A stretch of 64,000 nt of DNA, from the NCBI GenBank assembly GCA_022837635.1, contig JALHFY010000002.1, forward strand, positions 5,055 through 69,054, read 5' to 3'. The translations under genes were made by a program, and so were the position numbers. The notes beneath the pieces were generated by a model. It did no database searches and was not told the DNA's origin. It saw only the letters and a program-made list of their open reading frames with translations. Shown here one piece after another: positions 1 to 9,703 of this stretch (position 1 is the stretch's first letter; each line of letters opens with the position of its first letter). The DNA is from Candidatus Shapirobacteria bacterium. Its GTDB lineage: Bacteria > Patescibacteriota > Microgenomatia > UBA12405.

Positions 1-2
1 AA

Positions 3-191
3 TATTTTGAAATTTCTGAATTTATGGGAACTTACAACTGTAATTGGATAGCTTTTATGATTCAATTAGCCTTAAACAAAAGAAAGATGGCAACAAAAAA
101 TTTATTTTTGCATTTACCAAAAAGAGGGAGAGATAGAGTTCTGGCCAAAATGATTGCCAATTTAATAATAAATAACGGGATGATAAAATGA
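3..191 (+). CDS. 3' end of a pyroglutamyl-peptidase I (C15)-like protein, truncated by the window start
   Basis: Frame 3 reads ...ISEFMGTYNCNWIAF...LFLHLPK...stop at 189-191, resembling the GxYxCN and FxHxP motifs. Confidence 0.55.
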   Translation, partial: YFEISEFMGTYNCNWIAFMIQLALNKRKMATKNLFLHLPKRGRDRVLAKMIANLIINNGMIK

Positions 192-194
192 GTT

Positions 195-839
195 ATGACA
201 ACAAGAGAAAATGACTTGGATGTAGTAGCTCCTGATGAAGTGGGAACTGAGGAGCAAATTCCTCAAAAAGTGTATGATATCACTGGTCATACCAAACACC
301 CTTTGTCGTCATTATTGATTAATCCTAATGTCTTTACTTTTGAAGAAAAGGCCCAACAAGAAAAAGTTTTGGTAGTGGCTAGATCACATTGGTTTACCAA
401 TGTGGGCTGGATGTTAACGGCGGGATTAATGTTTTTGGCTCCTAATTTTTTAAGATTGATACCTTTTTCTTCTGATATCTCAATTCGTTATAAAATATTA
501 GGTGGGTTGTTGTGGTTTTTAGTGACCTTTGCCTTTATTTTTGAAAAATTTTTGTCGTGGTATTTTGATGTGATTGTGATTACCGATAAGAGAGTGATTG
601 ACATTGATTTTGATAATTTGTTAAGTAAAAAATTTGCTCAAGCAGATATTTTAATGATTCAAGACTTAACTTTTAAGGTAACTGGTTTTGCGCAAACTAT
701 GTTTAATTTTGGTGATGTCTTTGTACAGACAGCAGCAGAGGTACCTCAATTGACTTTAGAGAGAGTACCTCAGCCACAAAAAATAATTAGGGTGTTACAG
801 ATGTTAAAAGAGGAATTGGGAGGCAAAAATGCTAAATAA
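195..839 (+). CDS. Membrane protein with bacterial PH (bPH_2) domain
   Basis: Two TM helices, then ITDKRVID...IQD...FNFGDVFVQTA. Confidence 0.75.
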   Translation: MTTRENDLDVVAPDEVGTEEQIPQKVYDITGHTKHPLSSLLINPNVFTFEEKAQQEKVLVVARSHWFTNVGWMLTAGLMFLAPNFLRLIPFSSDISIRYKILGGLLWFLVTFAFIFEKFLSWYFDVIVITDKRVIDIDFDNLLSKKFAQADILMIQDLTFKVTGFAQTMFNFGDVFVQTAAEVPQLTLERVPQPQKIIRVLQMLKEELGGKNAK

Positions 840-1047
840 TGTCGATAGTTACCTGTTGATTATAGAAAAGATTATCGGGGTAATGGCAGCGGTGGTATAT
901 TCATTTTTTGCTTTGATTGTGGTCAAGCAAGTTCAGACCATGTCAAAAAATGTTAAGGATATATTTAATCCCTTGTTGATCGTTTTTGCTTATGCTCATT
1001 TGATGGCGGCTTTGGCACTAATCTTTTTGGTACTAGCAGTTTTGTAG
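829..1047 (+). CDS. Small two-TM hypothetical protein (DUF5657-like)
   Basis: 72 aa hydrophobic ORF overlapping the upstream stop; FALIVVKQV pattern. Confidence 0.6.
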   Translation: MLNNVDSYLLIIEKIIGVMAAVVYSFFALIVVKQVQTMSKNVKDIFNPLLIVFAYAHLMAALALIFLVLAVL

Positions 1048-1058
1048 TATCATTTTTC

Positions 1059-2459
1059 ATGGAGTATCGTATTAGGGAGCGGCCCTCTGGTCAGGAAAGT
1101 GAGGCTGCTGGTTGGCAGTTAAGAGCAGAAAAAAAACGGATTTTTTTAGAAAGAGGAATGGAGCGAATTGGCGTGGAATTAGGAAAAAGAAAGTTGAGAG
1201 CAGTGATTGAAGGAGAAGGTCAGGTGGCGATTGTGAGAGAGGGGAAAATAGCTTATTTATCAAATCAAAGTCAGGGAGAAATCAGAACTGGTGATGAAGT
1301 TTGGATAGTAACAGAAGTGAGGGTAAAAATAGATTTTGTCAAAAAAGAGAAAATTAAAAAAGAAATTTTTGTCTCCGAAAGGAGATGGTTTGATCAAAGA
1401 GTCAGCAAGGAATTGAATGTAATTTTGGGGGTGGGAGTATTGGCGATATTGCTAGGAATTATCGTCTTGGGTTATCAAAAAAGAAGTAGTGCCATGGAGC
1501 AAAATAAATTTGAGAGTGTCAAGAAAGAATTTAATGAAGAATTAAAAAGAGCTCAAGAAATTAGAGAAAAAGAACCTGATAAAAGTTTAGAAATAGTGGA
1601 AAAAGCGGTAGAAAAATTAAGAGAGCGTAAATTCAAAAAGAGTGATTTGACTAATGAAATAAATAGATTAACAGAAGAAGGAATTAGTTATCAAAATAAG
1701 TTGGGACGGGAGAACAAAAATTATGAGGTGGCTTACAACACTAAATTAATTTATGAAGGCGAGAGACAATTTGACGGTTTGGCGAGTAAGGAATCGGTAA
1801 TTTATTTATGGAGTAAGGAGAGGGCTGAAGTAATAGCAGTGAATTTGGAGATGCAATCTAAGGATAAGATAGTGGCAGATGAAAAGATTGGAAAAACTGA
1901 AGGAGTGTTTAATAACGGAGAAAGATGGTATGGATACGGAGAGAATAAAGTGTGGGAGATAAAAAGAAATGCGGTAGAAGAAAGCCCAATAGAATCTTTG
2001 GAAATAGATCAAGTCAGTGCTTGGAAAGGATTGATCTATGCTCTAAATAATGAGCAAAGACAGATAGTTAAATTGAGTGGAAGTAGTTGGACAAAATGGA
2101 ACAACACTCCCCTGCCGGCGACCATGACCGGAATGGCCATTGACGGCGATATTTGGACGTTGTCGGAGGGGGCGCAGATTTATAAATTCACCCGAGGAGA
2201 AAAGGTGAACTTTGAAATGAGTTTTAAGCCACCGGCAGTTAATCCGGGGAAAATTATCACCAGCGACAAGGTAAACATAGTCGCCTTTATTAATGATGAT
2301 AAAGTGTGGATTTATGGAAAAAATGGTAAAATTTTGGCCAGACTTAATTTTGGTAAAAATGAAATCGTGGACATCGCGATAGAAAATCCGAAGGAGGCCG
2401 TTTTAGTCCTGGCCGCAGACGGAAATATTTACCGAGTCAAAAACAATGAGATATTTTAA
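1059..2459 (+). CDS. Membrane-anchored hypothetical protein, probable C-terminal beta-propeller
   Basis: 466 aa; one TM, coiled coil, then repeated beta-strand blades (MAIDGDIWTL). Confidence 0.6.
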   Translation: MEYRIRERPSGQESEAAGWQLRAEKKRIFLERGMERIGVELGKRKLRAVIEGEGQVAIVREGKIAYLSNQSQGEIRTGDEVWIVTEVRVKIDFVKKEKIKKEIFVSERRWFDQRVSKELNVILGVGVLAILLGIIVLGYQKRSSAMEQNKFESVKKEFNEELKRAQEIREKEPDKSLEIVEKAVEKLRERKFKKSDLTNEINRLTEEGISYQNKLGRENKNYEVAYNTKLIYEGERQFDGLASKESVIYLWSKERAEVIAVNLEMQSKDKIVADEKIGKTEGVFNNGERWYGYGENKVWEIKRNAVEESPIESLEIDQVSAWKGLIYALNNEQRQIVKLSGSSWTKWNNTPLPATMTGMAIDGDIWTLSEGAQIYKFTRGEKVNFEMSFKPPAVNPGKIITSDKVNIVAFINDDKVWIYGKNGKILARLNFGKNEIVDIAIENPKEAVLVLAADGNIYRVKNNEIF

Positions 2460-2856
2460 TCGTGAGAGTCACGACTATAAATTTATTGACAAAATGGTGG
2501 CCGGAATGGTGTTAAACGGCGCCGATGCCAAGTCCCTAAGAGTGGCCGGGGTCCAATTCAAGGGAGCTAAAGTGGAAGTGATCAATGGCATTCCCAAGGT
2601 GTTTAATTTACAAATCAGTCCTTATAAATATAGTCGGAATCAAGAAATTGATAAAAGTGGTGAGAGAAAATTACTCTTAAATTCCCGAGAAATTGCTAAA
2701 CTACAAAGTTATCGGAGACAAAAATATATGCTGATTCCGATAGCGATTTTTTTACAGGGAAAGTGGTTTAAGATGGAAATTGGAATTGGCAGAAAGATGA
2801 GGAAGTTTGAAAAAAGGGAGAAGATTAGGAAGGAGGAGTTTGAGAAAAATAATTAG
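2446..2856 (+). CDS. smpB: SsrA-binding protein SmpB (divergent)
   Basis: NR..HDY, AGMVLxG..KSLR, RKLLL and basic tail; adjacent to tmRNA. Confidence 0.92.
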   Translation: MRYFNRESHDYKFIDKMVAGMVLNGADAKSLRVAGVQFKGAKVEVINGIPKVFNLQISPYKYSRNQEIDKSGERKLLLNSREIAKLQSYRRQKYMLIPIAIFLQGKWFKMEIGIGRKMRKFEKREKIRKEEFEKNN

Positions 2857-2888
2857 ACAGTAGAAACACAATTTATATTTTTACGTTG

Positions 2889-3265
2889 CGGAGATGCCCG
2901 GGAATGAACCGGGGTCCGAAATTGAAATTAAAAAACGTCGACAAGCTTAAGTAAAAAACATCGATTGGTTGGGACATTACTCCCTCTTAGGTCTGACAAT
3001 AACCGAGAAATCATCAGACAGCAGTTTAAAATGGTTGACACTGTTTAAGCCCTTTTAGACAAGAGCAAAAACAATGGTTGATTGCTTAAGCTAGTGCGTA
3101 AGCAGGAGCCGCAGGAGCATTGATACCAGTAAAGGCATCGGCTACTTTGGTCAAATCAACGCCAAAAGTTTTTTTGGCATAATGTTTTGATTCTCTTTTA
3201 CGACGATGAATCAAAGTCGGCTTGCAGTTTTTTAAGGTGCAATCCCGTCAAGGCGTTACATCTCC
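2889..3265 (-). ncRNA. ssrA: tmRNA; tag reading frame 3178..3086 encodes AKKTFGVDLTKVADAFTGINAPAAPAYALA*
   Basis: 5' GGAGATG..TTGACGGGATTG; 3' CAATTTCGGAC-CCCGG-TTCATTC-CCGGG-CATCTCC-G; helix 2 pairing; tag ends YALA; next to smpB. Confidence 0.95.
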
Positions 3266-3408
3266 ATGAGGAGTTATATTTTATCATAAAAACAGACAGA
3301 AATCATGATAATTGAGTACTATTTTTTTAAGGAAAATTGCAAAATCTGAGCCAATAAAATAAGTCTATATTAGTTTTCAGATTTAGTTAAGTATTTTACA
3401 ATTAGAGG

Positions 3409-4053
3409 ATGAGTTGGTTAATAGATTGGTTATATCCAAAAAAATGTTTAGGCTGTGGTCGGGGTGATGATTATTTGTGCAATTTCTGTGAAAGAAAAAT
3501 AAAAATAGCCGGATTGAGGCAAAAATCCGGATTTGAAGGTCTAATTTCAATTTATAAATATGACGGAGTGATGAAAAAAATAATTGAGGAGATTAAGTAT
3601 CAACATTTGTCAGCGGCAATTGAGAGTTTGGGACAAAAAATGGGACAAAGCTTAAAAATTAATTATCCAGAGACTGTTAAACATTGGCAAAAAGAGCATT
3701 TTGTTCTGGTACCGATACCATTATATAAAGGCAGAGAAAATTGGCGGGGTTTTAATCAAGCCAGAGAAATAGCGGTGGTGGTGGCACAAAAATTAGGTTT
3801 GGAATATGCTGAAATTTTAGAGAGAAAGAAAAAGGGGGTAAATTTAGCCAAAATTCATAATCACCAACAAAGAATGGCGGAGATTAAGGGGGTGTTTAGA
3901 GTAAAAAATGAAATTGAGAGAAGAGAGAAAATAATCTTAGTGGATGATGTAATTACCAGCGGGGCGACTATGACTGAGGCGTTGAAGACCTGGAAAAAGG
4001 TGTCTCCTCAGGGGCGGGGTTGGGGTTTGAGTCTGGCCGGAGTCCGGAGATGA
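3409..4053 (+). CDS. comF: ComF family phosphoribosyltransferase-like protein
   Basis: N-terminal CxxC..CxxC, RGFNQA, ILVDDVITSGAT. Confidence 0.9.
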   Translation: MSWLIDWLYPKKCLGCGRGDDYLCNFCERKIKIAGLRQKSGFEGLISIYKYDGVMKKIIEEIKYQHLSAAIESLGQKMGQSLKINYPETVKHWQKEHFVLVPIPLYKGRENWRGFNQAREIAVVVAQKLGLEYAEILERKKKGVNLAKIHNHQQRMAEIKGVFRVKNEIERREKIILVDDVITSGATMTEALKTWKKVSPQGRGWGLSLAGVRR

Positions 4054-4684
4054 GACGTTCATTTTTAATCATGTCGGCGTCTTTGAGGATGTCTTTGACT
4101 TCGCTGGAACCCAGAGCATTTTCCAAAGGAGTAAGAGAACTGAGATAAAAATTTTCGACAAAAAGACCATGTGAAGTGAGAGAATCGCGAAGCTCCTGTT
4201 TGACCTCGTCCTCAATCAGGCTGCGGTTGGTAGAGAGAGCTTTAGCTAGAGTATGATTGGTTAAAACCTTGCGGATACGACTACGGGTAACTGGGCGAAC
4301 GACTTTAGAAACAAAATTTTCGCCAATGTTTTGCCAAATTTCAGGTAGTCTTTCAGTGTCAAGTTTGATTAAAACAGTGGCTTCGATAGAGACAAATTGA
4401 TTGTCAGCGGTAACAGCATGAATAACTTCATCCCCCATAATTTCGTTGTTGTCTTTGAGAGAGATATCTTTGGAAATAGTGTATTCAATTAGTTGAGCAT
4501 TAAAAAGTTTGACTCGCTGAATCAAAGGAATCTTGAAATGCATGCCGGGGTACCAAACATTTTTGAGAACACCACGGAAAACATCATAAATACAGCCGAC
4601 GTGACCGGGAGGAATGGTGACAATAAAGCCGCCAACGATTTCGTCAACGAAGAGAGAAACTAGTAAATTATCGATAGATGCCAT
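3968..4684 (-). CDS. SPFH/prohibitin (band 7) family protein
   Basis: IPPGHVG..YD..GV...PGMHFKIP, TAD.Q.V; start placed at ATG 4684. Confidence 0.8.
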   Translation of the reverse strand: MASIDNLLVSLFVDEIVGGFIVTIPPGHVGCIYDVFRGVLKNVWYPGMHFKIPLIQRVKLFNAQLIEYTISKDISLKDNNEIMGDEVIHAVTADNQFVSIEATVLIKLDTERLPEIWQNIGENFVSKVVRPVTRSRIRKVLTNHTLAKALSTNRSLIEDEVKQELRDSLTSHGLFVENFYLSSLTPLENALGSSEVKDILKDADMIKNERLISGLRPDSNPNPAPEETPFSRSSTPQS

Positions 4685-4694
4685 ATGGATTGAA

Positions 4695-5348
4695 TTATAC
4701 ACTAAAGGCAGTAGCTAAAGCCATTAGTTCTTTTTGAGGATCAGCAGCCTTGACTACAGAGGAGGCAACTAAAATCCCTTGAGCGCCTAATTTAAGGCCA
4801 GTGCTAACATCAGAGGCTTGGTGAATACCGGCACCGATAAGTAGTTTTTTATGACCTAAAATTTGGGCAAAGTGTTGGACTTGTTGGGGTTTGCCGGTGG
4901 ACACTGAAATTTGACTGTTGCCGATATATTCTTTGGGTTCATAGGCAAAAAAAGTGGGATTTAAGTTTTTGGCCCAGGAATTGAGTTGACCTAAAGTTTG
5001 GAGACATAAAACCGAATCAAAGTCTTTGGGCCAGTGCTTGAGCAATGATTTAATTGTTCCTGGTTTGAGACGGTGCTCGGAATGGTTTAGGAGAGAGCCT
5101 TTGATGCCCAAGGATTGGGCATGAAGAGGGGAAATAAAACCGCTGTGGGCACCTTCTAAAAAGGGATCAACATGTTGGAGATAGACTTCTATACCTAATT
5201 TTTGATGGATGTTAACGGCATCCAGAGCAGAGACTACGGGATAAATTTTGACGCCAGTTTGTTGAGACACTGATTTAGCCATGGCGGCAAAATCAAGGGC
5301 TTTATAGGCGAAAGTTTGGGGATAAAGTTTAAGGTTTAAGAGTATCAC
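4695..5348 (-). CDS. tpiA: Triosephosphate isomerase, short archaeal type
   Basis: NLK, QHVD, GSLLNHSE, AYEP, GAGI, GILVASSV; probable GTG start at 5348. Confidence 0.88.
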   Translation of the reverse strand: MILLNLKLYPQTFAYKALDFAAMAKSVSQQTGVKIYPVVSALDAVNIHQKLGIEVYLQHVDPFLEGAHSGFISPLHAQSLGIKGSLLNHSEHRLKPGTIKSLLKHWPKDFDSVLCLQTLGQLNSWAKNLNPTFFAYEPKEYIGNSQISVSTGKPQQVQHFAQILGHKKLLIGAGIHQASDVSTGLKLGAQGILVASSVVKAADPQKELMALATAFSV

Positions 5349-6828
5349 CGCTGAGTTTATATTTACTAATAACTTGAGAAATGCCATTTTGAAGAGTGGT
5401 CATGACTTCGGTTTCACTTAATTGATTGCGAGTAATAGCATTGATAGCGTCCTTAAAATAATTATTCAATTCAGTATTAAGACCATCATCGTGAGTAAAA
5501 CTGGAAAGATAGCCACTTTGAGCGGTAGGAGCAGAATCAATAAAGGCTTTGAGATAGGGCGCAGTGACCAATTTGGCGGCCAGGTCAGTGCGGGGATAAA
5601 TTTCTCCAAAACCTCGATCAACCGAAGCGGTTTGATAAAGTTTTTCCAGAACTGGAGGAGAGGCTAGATATTCTAGAAAAGTCCAAGCTTCAGCCTGATG
5701 AGGACTTTGAGAATTGACAGCCTCGACCCAATAAGTGGCCCAATTAATATTGGTGAGGTTAGCGTTGTCACCACTGCCACCACCGGTAAGGACTGGCATT
5801 TGAGGAACTGGGGCAGTGGCAAAAGATAAATTGGGGTTAAGAGCTTGAATATCAAAAATACGCCAGGATGGGGCAAAATAAAAGGCAAGTTTACCTTGAG
5901 CAAAAAGGGTGGTAGAAGAAGGTAAAGTCTCATCCCAGATTTTTTCTTTGGTTTTGAAGTTGGTGTAATAGGTGAGAACATCTTTTATTTTGCCATCATT
6001 TTCAGGGTTATTGATAAGAGTCAAAGAGGCACCGTTTTGACGCAATAATAAGCCTAGAATATCGCTCCAATGGTCAACATTATCAGCCAGACCAAGAGCG
6101 GCACCAGCAATTTCAATGTTGCCTGCAGGATCGCGAACAGTCAGGCGATTAAGACTACTTTGTAAATCCCACCAAGATTTAGGCAGGTCGACTCCAGCTT
6201 TTTGAATTAAATCTTTGTTATAAAAAAGAACCAAGCCGTCATACATCAAAGGGAGAGCATAATAATTGTCATTAATAACTAAATCACGTTGATAAACAGG
6301 TAAAAAGTCTTTTTTTAAGCCTAGTGAAGTCACTATGTTTGCCGGTACAGGGGCCAAATTATTTTTGAACATTGGCAACCAGGAACTATGGATTCTAAAA
6401 ATATCCGGGACTTCCCCACTACCGATATCCTTGGCGAGACGACCGGCTAAGCGAGTTCGGTAATCATCTTTGGAACTGTGAACGTATTTGATTTTAATAT
6501 GAGGATATTTGGCTTCAAAATCAGTAATAATTCCGTTGACGATTTCATTTTTTTCCCAAAGACCCCAGTAAGTAAGAGTAACTGTTTCTTTGTTTTTGTT
6601 TTTGAGACTAGGTAAGAGAAATTTAAGGACCAGAAAGGCGACCAACAAGAGTGCCAGACCACCAATGATAAAGGGTAAAAAACGGGGTAAAGATTTTTTT
6701 GGGGGAGGAGGAAGAGGTGAAGAAGAAATGGTATCAGCAGGGATATCAGTCCGAGGCGATTCTGGAATTGATGAAGGCTCAGCCACCGGTCGAGGCGGGA
6801 GAGGTGATTGAATATCAATGGTTTCCAC
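5329..6828 (-). CDS. Sugar ABC transporter-type extracellular solute-binding protein, membrane anchored
   Basis: Pro-rich N-terminus, TM, LTYWG, PDIF, YALP..D.L.LFYNKD, FAQGK.AF. Confidence 0.85.
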   Translation of the reverse strand: METIDIQSPLPPRPVAEPSSIPESPRTDIPADTISSSPLPPPPKKSLPRFLPFIIGGLALLLVAFLVLKFLLPSLKNKNKETVTLTYWGLWEKNEIVNGIITDFEAKYPHIKIKYVHSSKDDYRTRLAGRLAKDIGSGEVPDIFRIHSSWLPMFKNNLAPVPANIVTSLGLKKDFLPVYQRDLVINDNYYALPLMYDGLVLFYNKDLIQKAGVDLPKSWWDLQSSLNRLTVRDPAGNIEIAGAALGLADNVDHWSDILGLLLRQNGASLTLINNPENDGKIKDVLTYYTNFKTKEKIWDETLPSSTTLFAQGKLAFYFAPSWRIFDIQALNPNLSFATAPVPQMPVLTGGGSGDNANLTNINWATYWVEAVNSQSPHQAEAWTFLEYLASPPVLEKLYQTASVDRGFGEIYPRTDLAAKLVTAPYLKAFIDSAPTAQSGYLSSFTHDDGLNTELNNYFKDAINAITRNQLSETEVMTTLQNGISQVISKYKLSGDTLKP

Positions 6829-6854
6829 AGTCCCATTATAGTAGAATGGTGCCT

Positions 6855-7586
6855 ATGAATCCAATGTCAGTTGCCATCCTGAGTTCAATACTAATTAGTT
6901 TACTGTCAGTTTTAATAGCTTTATTGTTTCGCTGGCAAAAAAGAAATTCTAAAGTTCAGTTGTTGGTATTGGTGGGAGTGGCCACGGGGGCTTTACTGGG
7001 AGATGCTTTTCTTCATTTAATTCCGGAATCAAGTGAATTTTTTGAAGGCGGCGAAATAGGGTTGTTGGTAATTGGAGGGATGTTAGTTTTTTTTGGATTA
7101 GAAAAATTGCTGCAGTGGAGGCATTGTCATAATCCTGATTGTCATCAAGGTCACAAATTGGCGGAGGTGAGTATTGTGGCGGATACAGTTCACAATTTTA
7201 TAGATGGATTAATTATTGGGGGTAGTTTTTTGGCGGGAATAGAGCTGGGTATCGGGACGGCTATAGCCATTTTGATACATGAAATTCCTCAAGAAATCGG
7301 TGATTTTGCTATATTGCTTCATAGTGGGTATGATTTTAAGAAGGCTTTGAAAATGAATTTGCTGTCGGCAATGGCCAGTTTAGTGGGAGTGGTAATGATT
7401 ATGATTTTTAAGGAAAGTTTGAGTTTAAGAAATTATTTAATGCCGTTAACTGCTGGAGGCTTTATATATTTGGCAGCCTCGGATTTGATTCCAGAATTGC
7501 ATCGGCATGAAGCCAAGCCGAGAGAGAGTTTAAGACAATTGGTATCAGTATTGTTTGGTGTCGCGGTGATGTATTTTTTGCTATGA
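6855..7586 (+). CDS. ZIP family metal transporter
   Basis: GALLGDAFLHLIPE, HNFIDG, HEIPQEIGDF; start placed at ATG 6855 after TAGAAT. Confidence 0.92.
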   Translation: MNPMSVAILSSILISLLSVLIALLFRWQKRNSKVQLLVLVGVATGALLGDAFLHLIPESSEFFEGGEIGLLVIGGMLVFFGLEKLLQWRHCHNPDCHQGHKLAEVSIVADTVHNFIDGLIIGGSFLAGIELGIGTAIAILIHEIPQEIGDFAILLHSGYDFKKALKMNLLSAMASLVGVVMIMIFKESLSLRNYLMPLTAGGFIYLAASDLIPELHRHEAKPRESLRQLVSVLFGVAVMYFLL

Positions 7587-7592
7587 TTAGCT

Positions 7593-7994
7593 ATGAAAAT
7601 TAGGGTTTTTACTGATGGAGGGGCCAGGGGTAATCCAGGTATTGCTGGTTACGGAGTTTGGATAGTTAACGATAAGGGAGAAAAGCTATATGAGGAAAGT
7701 CGTTTTTTAGGCATAAAAACCAATAATGAAGCGGAATACATGGGACTAATTGGTGCCTTAACTTGGATTAAAGATAATGTTAAAGATGAAGAAGTAGAAA
7801 TTAATTCTGATTCTCAACTACTGATTAGACAAATGAAGGGGTTGTATAAAGTTAAATCGCCTCATCTGAAAGAATTGTGGAATAAGGCCCAAGAATTGAC
7901 GAATAATAAAAATATAACTTTTAGGGAAATCCCTCGAGAAGCCAATCAAAAGGCCGATGCTTTGGCTAATTTGGCCATGGATAGTAAACAATGA
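7593..7994 (+). CDS. rnhA: Ribonuclease HI family protein
   Basis: FTDGGARGNPG, TNNEAEY, DSQL, N..ADALAN. Confidence 0.92.
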   Translation: MKIRVFTDGGARGNPGIAGYGVWIVNDKGEKLYEESRFLGIKTNNEAEYMGLIGALTWIKDNVKDEEVEINSDSQLLIRQMKGLYKVKSPHLKELWNKAQELTNNKNITFREIPREANQKADALANLAMDSKQ

Positions 7995-9703
7995 AAAATC
8001 AAAAAACTTGGAAAATTGCGGTGGCCAGTTTGGGGATGATTTTGTTTTTAATGGCTCTGCCATTGATAGCCGCTTTTGGTAAAAGTGGTCGAGAGACTAA
8101 AGTTTTAGGGAGAGATTACTCAGTACTGGATAAAAAAGAAATTGAGGCGAAGCTGAAGCTGGATTTTCCTATGACAGGGAGTTTGAAATTAAGCGAAGAA
8201 GAGAGAATTTTTGAAGTTGATTTAGCCTCAATATCGGCAGAAATTAATACTGACAAAACGGCATCTAATATGTTGTTTAGACGTTTGAAACAAGGGATAG
8301 GACCTTATTTTAAGGCTTTTTTTGAAACTAGAGATTTTGAACTGATAGTGACAGTAGATGAAGAAAAATTGGAGCAGAAAATAGGTGAAATTGAGGCCGC
8401 AGTTAACAAACCTTATATCCCAACAGAAATTGTGTTGGGGACACAAATGAGTGTTAGAGAAGGACAAATGGGAAGAGAAGTGGAAAGAGAAGAATTGAAG
8501 AATTTAATTTTAGAAAAATTAGCCCGATATGATTTAGATAATGTATCAGCAATCCCGGCTGAAGATGTCGGTTTTTTACCCAGTGATAAGGAGAAAAAAG
8601 AGGCTTTAGAAAGAGCTAAAAAATGGCTGGGTAAGGAATTGAAATTGGAAGATAGAGAGACAGAATTGATAGTAGATAGCAAGACTTTAATCAGTTGGAT
8701 TAAATTTGGTGGTGGGGTGGAAGAAAAAAAAGTAAATGAGTATGTCGCTGCGGTAGCACCAAGCTTAAAAAGAGAAGCGCAAAATGCAATCTTCAAATTT
8801 GAAAACGGCCGAGTGATGGAATTTAAGCCAGATAGGCCAGGTTTTTATCTGGATGAAGAAAAACTTAAAAATATTATTTTTAGAAACTATCTTAATTGGG
8901 AACAATCTGGGGAAAAAATCTTAAAAGAGGAATTGCCTTTGGTTAAATCAGAAGCAGAGGTAAAAACCGGCGAGGTAAATAATCTGGGAATTAAGGAACT
9001 TTTAGGCAGAGGCAGCTCGACTTTTCATCACAGTAGTGAAGTCAGAAATGTGAATATAAGAATAGGAGCGGCGGCGGTTAATCAGGTATTGGTAGCACCA
9101 GGTGAGGAGTTTTCTTTTAATAAAAGTTTAGGAGAAGTTAGTCGAGAAAAGGGTTATACCATGGCTTACATTATTAGAGCGGGACGAACAGAATTAGATT
9201 TAGGAGGAGGTGTTTGTCAGGTATCGACAACCTTGTTTCGAGCAATGTTGGATGCCGGAGTTCAGATTACCCAAAGGAGACCACATGCTTACCGAGTCAG
9301 TTATTATGAAGAGGACAGTCCCCCGGGTTATGATGCCACCGTGTTTCTACCTAGTCCGGATTTACGTTTTAAGAATGATACCGGCAATTATCTGTTGATT
9401 CAAAGTTATTATGATGGGGTCAATAAAAAATTAACTTATGAAATTTATGGAACTAATGATGGGCGGGAAGTGGAAATCAGTAATTATAAGAAATGGGGGG
9501 CGGCAGCGGCACCGCCGGATGTCTATATAGATGATCCAAATTTGCCGGAGGGGAAAATAGTGAAAGTAGAATCTAGAGTCCCAGGCTTAAATACTTCATT
9601 TGACTGGGTAGTAAAACGAAACGGAGAGATACTTCATCAACGAACTTTTGTTAGTAAATATGTGCCTTGGGCGGCTGTTTATCGGAGAGGGACGGGTAAT
9701 TAA
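7991..9703 (+). CDS. VanW family protein with peptidoglycan-binding domains
   Basis: PGEEFSFN, GGGVCQVSTTLF, DATV, DLRFKN. Confidence 0.9.
   Translation: MKNQKTWKIAVASLGMILFLMALPLIAAFGKSGRETKVLGRDYSVLDKKEIEAKLKLDFPMTGSLKLSEEERIFEVDLASISAEINTDKTASNMLFRRLKQGIGPYFKAFFETRDFELIVTVDEEKLEQKIGEIEAAVNKPYIPTEIVLGTQMSVREGQMGREVEREELKNLILEKLARYDLDNVSAIPAEDVGFLPSDKEKKEALERAKKWLGKELKLEDRETELIVDSKTLISWIKFGGGVEEKKVNEYVAAVAPSLKREAQNAIFKFENGRVMEFKPDRPGFYLDEEKLKNIIFRNYLNWEQSGEKILKEELPLVKSEAEVKTGEVNNLGIKELLGRGSSTFHHSSEVRNVNIRIGAAAVNQVLVAPGEEFSFNKSLGEVSREKGYTMAYIIRAGRTELDLGGGVCQVSTTLFRAMLDAGVQITQRRPHAYRVSYYEEDSPPGYDATVFLPSPDLRFKNDTGNYLLIQSYYDGVNKKLTYEIYGTNDGREVEISNYKKWGAAAAPPDVYIDDPNLPEGKIVKVESRVPGLNTSFDWVVKRNGEILHQRTFVSKYVPWAAVYRRGTGN

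Noticed and set aside
2860-3400. Island integrated at tmRNA, or a permuted two-piece tmRNA
   Set aside because: The gene is one-piece, and no duplicated 3' end was found in the window.
4695-5348. Archaeal-type TPI as a novelty
   Set aside because: This type is already familiar from CPR genomes.
6699-6854. N-terminal extension of the ZIP transporter
   Set aside because: It is antisense to the solute-binding protein start and spans the divergent -10 boxes.
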